Below, in pieces: positions 37,497 to 46,483 of a stretch of 64,000 nucleotides of DNA. Positions within the stretch are counted from its first letter, which is position 1. Each line of letters begins with the position of its first letter. The notes below the pieces were generated by a model. That model saw only the letters and a program-made list of their open reading frames with translations. It had not been told where the DNA came from and searched no databases. Position numbers and translations under genes: made by a program. This stretch comes from an uncultured Gammaproteobacteria bacterium (GTDB lineage Bacteria; Patescibacteriota; Microgenomatia; Levybacterales; UBA12049). The stretch spans positions 463,865 to 527,864 of the forward strand of contig CAZFRF010000001.1 in NCBI GenBank assembly GCA_964521295.1, in the 5' to 3' direction.

Positions 37497-38789
37497 TTAT
37501 CTACCAACACCAAGATAATTAAAACCGAGTCTTTTTACCTCAAGAGGGTTATAAATATTTCTACCATCTAAAAGATTTGGATTCTTCATTAATGACTTTA
37601 TTTTTTCTAAATTTAGCTGCTTAAATTCATTCCATTCTGTAACCACGATTAATATATCCGCTTCCCTAGCAGCTTCATACGAATCATCTACAAATTCTAT
37701 TCCATCAATTAACCTTATAGCATTTGAAACTGCAATAGGATCATAGGCTCTAATTTTTGCACCAGTTTTCTTAAGCTCATTAATAATTACGATTGAAGGA
37801 GCGTCTCGCATATCGTCGGTATTTGGCTTAAAGGAAAGTCCTAATACTCCAATCGTAGAATTCTTAATCTTTTCGCCTAATATTTTCTTAGCTTTCTTAA
37901 CAATATCTAACATTGCTTCTTCATTGATTTCCTCAACTGCTTTAAGCAATTTAAAATCATATCCATAATCCCCGGCAATAGAAATTAAGGCCTTAACATC
38001 CTTAGGAAAACAACTACCACCATATCCTGCTCCTGGAGATAAGAATTGATTACCAATTCTCTTGTCGTAACCTATACCCTCTAAGACCTTAATGCCATCT
38101 GCCCCACTTAATTCAGAAAGCCTTGCAATTGCCCCTGCAAATGAAATCTTAGTAGCTAAAAATGCATTTGCTGCGTATTTAATCATTTCAGCTGTCTCAA
38201 TGTTAGTTAATACATAATTACCATCAATTGGCTCATGAAGCTCAACCAAAATATCTTTAGCCTTATCTGAAACTGTACCAATAACAATTCTATCTGGATG
38301 CAACGTATCAGAAATTGCTTGTCCTTCTCTTAAAAATTCAGGTACAGATCCTAATTCAAATTCTGCTTTTTCTGGCTTATTTTGCTCAATAATCTCCCTA
38401 ACTTTTTTGTTAGTACCAACAGGAACCGTGCTCTTAGTAACTACAACTGTATACCCATCTAAATGCTTTGCGATTTTTTCGGCAACATCAAAAACTACTG
38501 TCAAATCTGCTTCCCCTGTTGGTCTTGGAGGAGTACCAACGGCAATAAAAACAACTTTAGACGCTGGAATTGCCTGGTCGTAATCTAGAGTAAATAATAA
38601 TCTTCCTGCCTTAACATTTCTTTGAACAATTTCTGCAAGACCAGGTTCATAAATAGGAATAATACCTTTTTTGAGATTTTCAATTTTTTCTGGAGTATGA
38701 CCAATTACCCAAACAGTATTCCCTAAATCGGCGAACACTGCTGCTGTAACAAGTCCCACATATCCGTGTCCTAAAAAAGTAATTGTCAT
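37497..38789 (-). CDS. ugd: UDP-glucose 6-dehydrogenase
   Basis: TFLGHGYVGLV. Catalytic GGSCFPKD. C-terminal SFKPNTDDMRDAP UDP-sugar-binding motif. 430 aa. Confidence 0.85.
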   Translation of the reverse strand: MTITFLGHGYVGLVTAAVFADLGNTVWVIGHTPEKIENLKKGIIPIYEPGLAEIVQRNVKAGRLLFTLDYDQAIPASKVVFIAVGTPPRPTGEADLTVVFDVAEKIAKHLDGYTVVVTKSTVPVGTNKKVREIIEQNKPEKAEFELGSVPEFLREGQAISDTLHPDRIVIGTVSDKAKDILVELHEPIDGNYVLTNIETAEMIKYAANAFLATKISFAGAIARLSELSGADGIKVLEGIGYDKRIGNQFLSPGAGYGGSCFPKDVKALISIAGDYGYDFKLLKAVEEINEEAMLDIVKKAKKILGEKIKNSTIGVLGLSFKPNTDDMRDAPSIVIINELKKTGAKIRAYDPIAVSNAIRLIDGIEFVDDSYEAAREADILIVVTEWNEFKQLNLEKIKSLMKNPNLLDGRNIYNPLEVKRLGFNYLGVGR

Positions 38790-39652
38790 GAGTTTTTTAG
38801 TAAATGCAATCCTTCTTCAAAGGAATGCATGTTAACGCTTAACTTTCTTATTTTAGCATTGTTAAGTGCTGAATAAAAGGGCTCCATTGGCCTCGAAACT
38901 AGAAACTCAGCTCTCGTAGTCTTACCAATTAAACTACTATCTAGACCAAAAACTTTAGCAATTAAATTAACCGCATCATGAATACTTAATATTTGACCGC
39001 CAACAGAATTATATAAACCAGTTGCTCCATGTTTTAATAATGTATTAATAGCAACTGCTACGTCGTCAACATATGTTGGAGAAATAACTCTATCTGTTAA
39101 TACTGATATCGGCTTTTGATCTGTCAAAGTTTTTCTAAAAAATCTTACAAAATCTGGTTTTGAGAAGTCGTTTCTATAAGGATACGCAGGCCTTAAAATT
39201 ATCCATGGTGAACTTAAACCTTTCACTATCTTTTCACCCTCAACTTTCGTTTCGGCATAAAAATTAAATGGATTATAACTTGCTTCTTCCGTAAAACCAC
39301 CTTCCGGCATTTCATCTCCACCTACTACTAAATCTGTAGAAAAATGAATCATTTTTTTATTTGTTGCCTCACAAGCTTTAGCTACATTTTGTGTGCCAAT
39401 AACATTGATCTTCCAGACTTCACTATCTTTTCCTAAGTTTTTTTGCACTTCTGCAGTTCTTACGTCTGTATACGCTGCTAAATGAAGTACAAATTCTGCT
39501 GAGGAAGCTTTTATCACTTGATAAACCTGATCAAAATTTGTGATATCTACTCCGGTTGACCTACTTACATTCTCGAATTCAAACTGTTCTGAAAGTAATT
39601 CAACAATTCGAGAACCAAAAAGTCCATTGAGGCCTGTGCCTAAAATCTTCAT
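38786..39652 (-). CDS. dTDP-4-dehydrorhamnose reductase (RmlD)-like
   Basis: RmlD-type substrate-binding-domain architecture. 288 aa. Operonic with rmlB. Confidence 0.55.
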   Translation of the reverse strand: MKILGTGLNGLFGSRIVELLSEQFEFENVSRSTGVDITNFDQVYQVIKASSAEFVLHLAAYTDVRTAEVQKNLGKDSEVWKINVIGTQNVAKACEATNKKMIHFSTDLVVGGDEMPEGGFTEEASYNPFNFYAETKVEGEKIVKGLSSPWIILRPAYPYRNDFSKPDFVRFFRKTLTDQKPISVLTDRVISPTYVDDVAVAINTLLKHGATGLYNSVGGQILSIHDAVNLIAKVFGLDSSLIGKTTRAEFLVSRPMEPFYSALNNAKIRKLSVNMHSFEEGLHLLKNS

Positions 39653-40674
39653 AAATCTTCAACGTGACCTGCTAAATTATTGTGTAAAATTTCTTGATAA
39701 TCCTTTGCAATAATTTCCTCCCACCAATCCCTATGATCCTTATACCATTGAATTGTTTTTTCTAGCCAAACATCAAAATCATGAAGTGGCTCCCAACCTA
39801 ATTCTTGATTAATTTTTGTCCAATTTACATCATACTTTCTATCATTTCCTTGTCTGTCATTCACAAATTTAATATAACTTTCATCCTTACCCATTATCTT
39901 TAAAATTCTATTTACAACTTCATGGTTAGAAATTCCTTTATTCATACCTCCGATTAAATATGTTTCACCAATTTTTCCTTTTTCCAAAATAAGCTCTATT
40001 GCTCTGACATGATCCTCAACATATAACCAATCTCGAATATTTCTTCCGTCTCCATGTAGTGGAATTTTCTTGTCCTGTAAAAGATTAGTAATTGCAATTG
40101 GTATTAATTTTTCAGGATACATTGCTGGACCATAATTGTTAGAACAATTACTAATTGTTATGGGTAAACCATAAGTATGATAGTAAGCTCTTACCAAATG
40201 GTCAGCACCAGCTTTAGTTGCAGAATAAGGACTAGATGGAAAATAAGGTGTTGTTTCCGTAAATTGAGCAGGATTATCTAATTCAATACTTCCGAAAACC
40301 TCATCAGTTGAAATATGATGAAATCTTTTTACATTATTTTTCTTAGCAGCTTCTAAAAGTGAATATGTTCCCACAAAATTAGAGTGAATAAATGGATAAG
40401 GATCCATAATAGATCTATCTACATGTGTTTCTGCGGCAAAATGAACAACGATATCAACACCCCTCATTACCTCATCCATCTTTTCTTTATCGCAAATATC
40501 GTAATTTTTAAATGAATAATGAGGATTATCTTTTACCTGATCTAAATTAACTAAATTTGCAGCATAAGTTAATTTATCAACGTTTATAACGTCATCATCT
40601 GAATGATTTTTCATCCAGTATAAAATGAAGTGTGAACCAATAAAACCTGCTCCACCTGTAACAAGTAACTTCAT
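39649..40674 (-). CDS. rfbB: dTDP-glucose 4,6-dehydratase
   Basis: LLVTGGAGFIGSHF...YAANL, YSATK (YxxxK). Classic RmlB. Confidence 0.85.
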   Translation of the reverse strand: MKLLVTGGAGFIGSHFILYWMKNHSDDDVINVDKLTYAANLVNLDQVKDNPHYSFKNYDICDKEKMDEVMRGVDIVVHFAAETHVDRSIMDPYPFIHSNFVGTYSLLEAAKKNNVKRFHHISTDEVFGSIELDNPAQFTETTPYFPSSPYSATKAGADHLVRAYYHTYGLPITISNCSNNYGPAMYPEKLIPIAITNLLQDKKIPLHGDGRNIRDWLYVEDHVRAIELILEKGKIGETYLIGGMNKGISNHEVVNRILKIMGKDESYIKFVNDRQGNDRKYDVNWTKINQELGWEPLHDFDVWLEKTIQWYKDHRDWWEEIIAKDYQEILHNNLAGHVEDL

Positions 40675-40704
40675 AAATAACTTTTTTATATTACCATTTA
40701 TTGT

Positions 40705-41370
40705 TTGTCAACACAACCTTGGTATGCTATATTAAACGGTATGGACAATCCATATAAATTAGCTCTAAATCCAACAGATCCAGAATGGCCACAATTTATA
40801 CAGACTACTGAAATACCAGGTCTTTTAGTTTCACAACGTGAAGTTTTTGCTGACGATAGGGGCTTCTTCCACGAAGCAGTAGAGCTTAGAGATTTTGAGA
40901 AAGTTTTAGGCAAAAAAATATCTATAACCCAATGGAATCATTCAAAATCTCACCCAAATGTAATTAGAGGAATTCATAGTGAACCTTGGGAGAAAATTAC
41001 TTATGTAGCAAAAGGAAATGCAATTGCTGTAATTGTTGATTTAAGACTTGATTCCCCAACTTTTGGCAAAGCAGTTAAAATTGAAATTGGAGAAAATAAT
41101 AGAAAAACTCTCTATCTACCCCAAGGCATGGGAAATTCTTTTTGCGCAATTGGAGATGAAGATGTTGAATATATGTATATGATTACAGGCTATTTTGAAG
41201 GCAAACCAACACCTGCAATCTCATTTAAAGATCCAATTATTACTAAACAGTTTGGCGGCTGGCCAGTAGAAAATCCAATTGTTTCTGAAAAAGACTTAAG
41301 CTATCCAACTCTTAAAGAAAAATATGAAGGGCAAATAGATTTCTCCAATTTTCCTTGGCTACAAGACTAA
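40705..41370 (+). CDS. rfbC: dTDP-4-dehydrorhamnose 3,5-epimerase (RmlC, cupin)
   Basis: FADDRGFFHE, VIRGIHSEPW, AVIVDLRLDSPTFGK match RmlC. True start may be ATG at 40741. Confidence 0.75.
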   Translation: MSTQPWYAILNGMDNPYKLALNPTDPEWPQFIQTTEIPGLLVSQREVFADDRGFFHEAVELRDFEKVLGKKISITQWNHSKSHPNVIRGIHSEPWEKITYVAKGNAIAVIVDLRLDSPTFGKAVKIEIGENNRKTLYLPQGMGNSFCAIGDEDVEYMYMITGYFEGKPTPAISFKDPIITKQFGGWPVENPIVSEKDLSYPTLKEKYEGQIDFSNFPWLQD

Positions 41371-42299
41371 TTAGCTGGTTTTAAAGAGGCTAATGTTTTT
41401 TTCTCTAAAATATTTATTCCATTTTGAATTAACCAATATATTATAAAAGGATATTTGGTTCTATAATTTTTTTTATAGAAAATTCGCATCGCATTAAATC
41501 TAGCCTTTTGTAGTCTTTTTTTTGATTCAATATTTTCTTTTGTAATGTTAGCAGTTTTCTTTTTTATTCCACTTGAAGCTCCTCCAATATGCATTATATT
41601 TTTCTCACCAATATAATAGATTTTTCTACCTAGTTTTTGAATGTTATAGCAAAATTGCAAATCTTCTCCGTAGAAAAAATAATCCTCATCCCACCAGCCA
41701 ACTTTTTCTCCAACCTCCCTTGGCACCATCATAAAAGCTCCTTCGACTGCATCTACCTCATGAGTGGTGTTCATGTTTTTCCATCCTTGCGTGTAACCTG
41801 AAAAAAATCTGTTTTTGGGAAAAAGTCTTGAAATGCCACTGAAATAGCAAAACGCATTCCAAGGGGTAGGAAAACCCCTATGACAATTAAAATCTATTTC
41901 CCCGTCTTGGTTAATTAACTTACAAGACACCGCTCCGACCTCTTTATGATTATCCAAAAAATTAATCAAATACTCTAATACATTTTTATAGACAATTGTA
42001 TCCGGGTTTAAAAATAGTACATATCTACCATTAGATAAAGCAACGCCTTTATTATTTCCTGCTGAAAACCCAATATTTCCACCGTTATCAACTATATGAA
42101 AATTTTTTATCTTACTTGTCTCTTTATATTTTCTAAAATATTCTAATGACCCATCAGTTGATGCATTATCTGCTACGATCACTTCGTACTTTCCCGCTTT
42201 AACTTCTTCTAGGTAATTTTCTTCAATCGATTTCACCGCCTGAGCAGTAATCTCTTTAGTGTTGTATGTTAAGATAATTATTGATAAATCTACCTTCAT
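41367..42299 (-). CDS. GT2-family glycosyltransferase
   Basis: IIILTYNT...VADNASTDGS...DTIV GT-A fold motifs. Confidence 0.7.
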   Translation of the reverse strand: MKVDLSIIILTYNTKEITAQAVKSIEENYLEEVKAGKYEVIVADNASTDGSLEYFRKYKETSKIKNFHIVDNGGNIGFSAGNNKGVALSNGRYVLFLNPDTIVYKNVLEYLINFLDNHKEVGAVSCKLINQDGEIDFNCHRGFPTPWNAFCYFSGISRLFPKNRFFSGYTQGWKNMNTTHEVDAVEGAFMMVPREVGEKVGWWDEDYFFYGEDLQFCYNIQKLGRKIYYIGEKNIMHIGGASSGIKKKTANITKENIESKKRLQKARFNAMRIFYKKNYRTKYPFIIYWLIQNGINILEKKTLASLKPAN

Positions 42300-42300
42300 T

Positions 42301-43185
42301 TTAATTTATTGCTTTAATTGCTTGAGAATAAGTATCTTTTAAGTATGAATTTTTAGTTAGAATACCAATGATCTGCAAAGCATAAGCCTTTGTTAACAAG
42401 GCGATTTTTATAAGAATATATTCAAATTTAGTCCTATGTTTTTTATAAAAATATAAAAGATTTTTATAAATATTCACAATCGCAAAAGTTCTATTGGTAC
42501 TACCATATTCTGCATGTAATACTGAAATATAAGGATAAAAATAGGTTTTATATCCATTTAATAAAGCTCTATAGCAAAGCTCCATATCTTCCGTGTACAT
42601 AAAAATCTTCTCATCAAATCCACCTAATTTATCAAAGACATCTTTTACAATCATAAGCAGACCTCCTTTTACCCAATCAACCCTTTCGATTTCTTTGGGA
42701 CTTTTATCTAATAATCCAAATTTCTGAAACCCCAAAAGGAGCATAATCGCTCGCGTTAATGTATAAAACTTTCCCGTAGAGGGCTGTAGACTACCATCCT
42801 CGTTTTTTAACTGACCACCCAAAATAGCAACGTTTGGGCTTTCGTCTAAGTATCTAGCCATTTTTATGAATGCATTATCACAAACTACAGTATCATTATT
42901 TAAAAACAATAAATATTTTCCTTTAGCTTTTTTTGCTCCTAGATTACAACCCTTACTAAAACCACTATTTTCATCATTTTCAATCAAAATATTGTTCTTA
43001 AATTTTTTTTCTTCTATTATTTCTTTTATATTTTTAACTGAATCATCACCTGAAGCATTATCAACCACAATAACTTCCATCTGTCCTTCTTCAAATTCAT
43101 TTTTATAGAATTTATTTAATGATTCTAAGCAAGCAATAGTTAAGTGGCTTTTTTTATAATTTAAAGTGACTATGGAGATTAACAC
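42301..43185 (-). CDS. GT2-family glycosyltransferase
   Basis: SIVTLNYK...VVDNASGDDS...NNDTVV. 1-nt gap from the downstream GT2 gene. Confidence 0.7.
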   Translation of the reverse strand: MLISIVTLNYKKSHLTIACLESLNKFYKNEFEEGQMEVIVVDNASGDDSVKNIKEIIEEKKFKNNILIENDENSGFSKGCNLGAKKAKGKYLLFLNNDTVVCDNAFIKMARYLDESPNVAILGGQLKNEDGSLQPSTGKFYTLTRAIMLLLGFQKFGLLDKSPKEIERVDWVKGGLLMIVKDVFDKLGGFDEKIFMYTEDMELCYRALLNGYKTYFYPYISVLHAEYGSTNRTFAIVNIYKNLLYFYKKHRTKFEYILIKIALLTKAYALQIIGILTKNSYLKDTYSQAIKAIN

Positions 43186-43458
43186 CTAAACACCTATCCT
43201 TCCCATAAACACGAAGAATACAATTGATATACCAAGTAATCCAATTAATAAATACTCAACGACAATTTTATTTGTTAAATTATGTTCTTTTTTGTGATGC
43301 CATATTCCCCAAACTACATAGAAAATTATAGTCAAAATAATTATTATAATTTGTAAAAAAATATTTGGATAAACTACCACGGACAATAATAATCCAACAG
43401 CAAATATTGCTAAAAGCGATAAATAATAATTAAGATGTTTAATAATTTTTTTAATCAT
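43186..43458 (-). CDS. Small 2-3 TM membrane protein
   Basis: 90 aa, hydrophobic. Confidence 0.4.
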   Translation of the reverse strand: MIKKIIKHLNYYLSLLAIFAVGLLLSVVVYPNIFLQIIIIILTIIFYVVWGIWHHKKEHNLTNKIVVEYLLIGLLGISIVFFVFMGRIGV

Positions 43459-44364
43459 TTAAAGAACATATCCTTTCAATACAACTAATAATAAAATTCC
43501 TATTAATGCAAAAAGTAAAACATGGTCAAGATTATGTCCAACAAATCGAATAATCTTCTTTCTTTCAATAATAATCATATCCAATATTAAAACAAACATA
43601 AATATTACGACTGTAGTCATAGCCAAATTAGATGAAAAAGTTTGAGCGTTGATAAGCGGAGCAGCCGGAGTCGGCTGAACTGGCTCTACCTTCTTAATCT
43701 CTTCAGTCTCTGGCTTAGTCTCTTTTTGATCAGCAGGAGATGAAGCAACTTGAGGAGTTGACGATTCTACTTGCTGAGAAGGCACAGACGCAGATTCTGA
43801 TTCTCCTCTAGCACCAAACATCTCCACTACTAAAATGGTATTCTCGCCGGTCAAATTACCATCTAGGACTGCAAAGCCAACCTCTTTATAATTTGGAGAT
43901 AAAACGTTTTCCCTATGACTCGGACTTGCCATCCATGCATCCACAACTCCCGATGCCGAATCATATCCCCTTGCTAAATTCTCTCCTGCATAAAGATAGT
44001 TATATCCCGCTGATCTAATAAAATACCAAGGAGTTGTTCCGTCTGGAGCAATATGAGACCAAAAATTTTTTTCAAACATATAATTTCCTTTTGCTAAAGC
44101 TGCGCTACTCAAAGACCCATTCAGTGACAAAGGTGGCAAATTATTATTTTGTCTTTGCTGGTTAGTTAAAATAAGTAGCTGATCAATTGATATTTGTGAA
44201 GTTATTCCCAATACTGATGGGTAACTTTGCCTAGTAAATGAAGTAAGTATGCCCAGAGAAAAGAAAAATAGAATTAACAAGACTAATATTTGAGGATGTA
44301 ATAATTTTGGTCGATAATTGTTAGTTAAGTGAGGAGTAAAAAAATGGCGCAGAAATTTCTTCAT
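43459..44364 (-). CDS. CAP/SCP (PR-1-like) domain protein, membrane-anchored at both ends
   Basis: GENLARGYDSASGVVDAWMASPSHRENVLSPNYKEVGFAV matches the bacterial CAP-domain signature. Ser/Pro-rich linker and C-terminal TM. Confidence 0.65.
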   Translation of the reverse strand: MKKFLRHFFTPHLTNNYRPKLLHPQILVLLILFFFSLGILTSFTRQSYPSVLGITSQISIDQLLILTNQQRQNNNLPPLSLNGSLSSAALAKGNYMFEKNFWSHIAPDGTTPWYFIRSAGYNYLYAGENLARGYDSASGVVDAWMASPSHRENVLSPNYKEVGFAVLDGNLTGENTILVVEMFGARGESESASVPSQQVESSTPQVASSPADQKETKPETEEIKKVEPVQPTPAAPLINAQTFSSNLAMTTVVIFMFVLILDMIIIERKKIIRFVGHNLDHVLLFALIGILLLVVLKGYVL

Positions 44365-44367
44365 AAA

Positions 44368-44682
44368 TTAATTATATACTGGTAAAACTAAATCTCCAAT
44401 TTTTTCTCCGTTTACTGGAATTTTCAAAAAATATGCTAAAGTATTTGCAATTGACACACCAACCCTAAGTCCTGTAAAAGAACCTGGACCAACATTAACT
44501 TTAATTTCTGTCAAATCTTCTAATCTTATACCTGCTTGAGCAATAAGCTTATCAACTAACACAAGACATGTTTGCGAGCTAATTCTTCTTGAGTCAGAAG
44601 TAATTAAATGTTTATTATCATTAACAGTTAATTCCATTTTTGCAATCTTACTATCTGAAGTATCTATGTTTAAAATGATCAT
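44368..44682 (-). CDS. tsaB: TsaB (YeaZ)-like t6A biosynthesis protein, N-terminal domain only
   Basis: GPGSFTGLRVGVSIANTLA signature. Only 104 aa. Confidence 0.6.
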   Translation of the reverse strand: MIILNIDTSDSKIAKMELTVNDNKHLITSDSRRISSQTCLVLVDKLIAQAGIRLEDLTEIKVNVGPGSFTGLRVGVSIANTLAYFLKIPVNGEKIGDLVLPVYN

Positions 44683-45269
44683 ACATTTATATTTATATAC
44701 CCTTGTCTTAAAATTTTCCAGGGAGAATTAGTGCAATCAATAACTGTAGATGCAGATTTATACAAACATTCGCCCTCTAAGACAAAATCAACCATTTGAA
44801 TAAGATTTTTATTCAAATCTTTTAATGAGTAAGGAGTTTGTTCACCATGAAAATTTGCTGATGGCCCTAAAACGGGAATACCAACTAAATCAATTAGCTC
44901 AAGTAGCAGGCTATTATTAGGCATTCTAACCCCTAAATTAGCACTACCTCCTCTTACCAAATCTGGAACCAAATCAGTATGAGATTCCAAAACAATAGTT
45001 AATGCTCCAGGCCAATATTTATCCATTAATTCAGTCTCTACTCTTGAAGAAAATGGTTTTAGGTATTTTTTTGCCATTTCTTTACCGGAAACCAAAACAG
45101 GAGTCGCCTGAGTTAGAGGTCTTTTTCTAATTTCAAATAACTTTTTTATTGCCCTTTCGTCATCCATCCTACATCCTATACCAAATGCCGTATCAGTTGG
45201 AAAAATAATTATCCCCCCGTTGTTTATAATTTCTGCTGCTTTTTTAATTTGATCATTCATACTTGTCAA
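44679..45269 (-). CDS. tsaC: L-threonylcarbamoyladenylate synthase TsaC/YrdC
   Basis: YrdC-fold motifs GGIIIFPTDTAFGIGC, KRP. Confidence 0.8.
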   Translation of the reverse strand: MTSMNDQIKKAAEIINNGGIIIFPTDTAFGIGCRMDDERAIKKLFEIRKRPLTQATPVLVSGKEMAKKYLKPFSSRVETELMDKYWPGALTIVLESHTDLVPDLVRGGSANLGVRMPNNSLLLELIDLVGIPVLGPSANFHGEQTPYSLKDLNKNLIQMVDFVLEGECLYKSASTVIDCTNSPWKILRQGYININV

Positions 45270-45678
45270 TCGTTATTTCTCTTTCGTTATAATTTATTAA
45301 TTTAAACTTAATATCAATTCTTTTTTTAGGCAACATTTCTTGTAATTTTTCTGCCCATTCTATAGCAATAATATTTGAATTATCTTCTAAAATTTCATCT
45401 AAACCAATACTTAAAAAATCATGTTTAGTCTCCGTTCTGTATAAATCTATATGATAAAAAACAAAATCCTTTAGTTCGTAATGCCTAGCAATTATAAATG
45501 TTGGAGAGATGATTCTGTTTTTAATTCCTAATCCCTTAGCTAAACCTTGGACAAAAGTTGTCTTACCACTACCTAACTCTCCATATAAACATAAAACATC
45601 TCTTGGCTTTAATGTTCTAGCAAATTCTTCTGCAAATCCTTGTGTTTCCTGTAAACTTGTCAATCTTAATTTACTCAT
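45253..45678 (-). CDS. tsaE: t6A ATPase TsaE (YjeE)
   Basis: P-loop LYGELGSGKTTFVQGLAKGLG. 141 aa. Confidence 0.8.
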   Translation of the reverse strand: MSKLRLTSLQETQGFAEEFARTLKPRDVLCLYGELGSGKTTFVQGLAKGLGIKNRIISPTFIIARHYELKDFVFYHIDLYRTETKHDFLSIGLDEILEDNSNIIAIEWAEKLQEMLPKKRIDIKFKLINYNEREITIDKYE

Positions 45679-46477
45679 GTTTTAAAAATTTTAACTTTAT
45701 TGTCGGCCAAAAGAATAATATACCACATAGACTTAAGAAAATAACCCCGATAAATACAAAAATAAATCCAATCCAATTTGCAGGATTAAATGAATTAATA
45801 GATTTTGTCTCTTGATTAGGAATAGACGCCTTAGAATTCACAGGGTTATTCGAAGAGCCTAAGACCTCATGTGTAATAGTTTCTTCAGGCTTAGATGTAG
45901 GAGTTAAAGTATTTGTAATTTTTTTAGTAGGAGACAATACGGAAATAGAAGATGGAACAGTTGTAATGGTGGGAGTTAAAGTAGATGTTGGAATAGGAGT
46001 GGTTGTATTTGTTGGCATAGGCGTTAATGTTGGAGATGAATAATTAATAACAATATCAACTGGGGTTTGAATATCTGATGAACTAGGATTACCTGAAGCA
46101 GTATATCTTCTAATCCTTAGCTTATACGGCCCAGAACCTAGATAATCACTTGCTCCTGGGGCACCTAATCTCGCCTGAATTATTGCACTAGCAGAAGAAT
46201 TAATAATGCTCACTGGGAAATATTGCTTTCCCTCGGAGCCTGAATACCAATTCAAACTATTAAATGTTTCACCAAAATAATTAGACGTACCATCTTTAAA
46301 AAGATCAGCTCTAAAATAGTTTTGACCATCTGATGCTCCAGTAACGCTAAATGTAATACTAAAACTGTCTGTAGAAATTGAGGTAGGATAATTAACGATA
46401 CTAATGCTTACCGCATGAGCTGCAGATTTAAAAAAGATAAATACTACAAAAGCAATTATAAAAATTATTGCTTTCAC
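45671..46477 (-). CDS. Thr/Pro-rich cell-surface protein, putative sortase substrate
   Basis: Signal peptide, beta-rich domain, TPxPT linker. C-terminal FNP + hydrophobic helix + KLKFLKHE tail. Confidence 0.45.
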   Translation of the reverse strand: MKAIIFIIAFVVFIFFKSAAHAVSISIVNYPTSISTDSFSITFSVTGASDGQNYFRADLFKDGTSNYFGETFNSLNWYSGSEGKQYFPVSIINSSASAIIQARLGAPGASDYLGSGPYKLRIRRYTASGNPSSSDIQTPVDIVINYSSPTLTPMPTNTTTPIPTSTLTPTITTVPSSISVLSPTKKITNTLTPTSKPEETITHEVLGSSNNPVNSKASIPNQETKSINSFNPANWIGFIFVFIGVIFLSLCGILFFWPTIKLKFLKHE

Positions 46478-46483
46478 AAATTT

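Noticed and set aside
40698-40913. 71-aa minus ORF overlapping the rmlC start; also the very short rmlB-rmlC divergent spacer
   Set aside because: The ORF is antisense to rmlC with no features. The 30-bp spacer probably reflects a later true rmlC start (ATG 40741) rather than anything unusual.
42866-43108. 80-aa plus ORF
   Set aside because: Antisense inside the GT2 gene.
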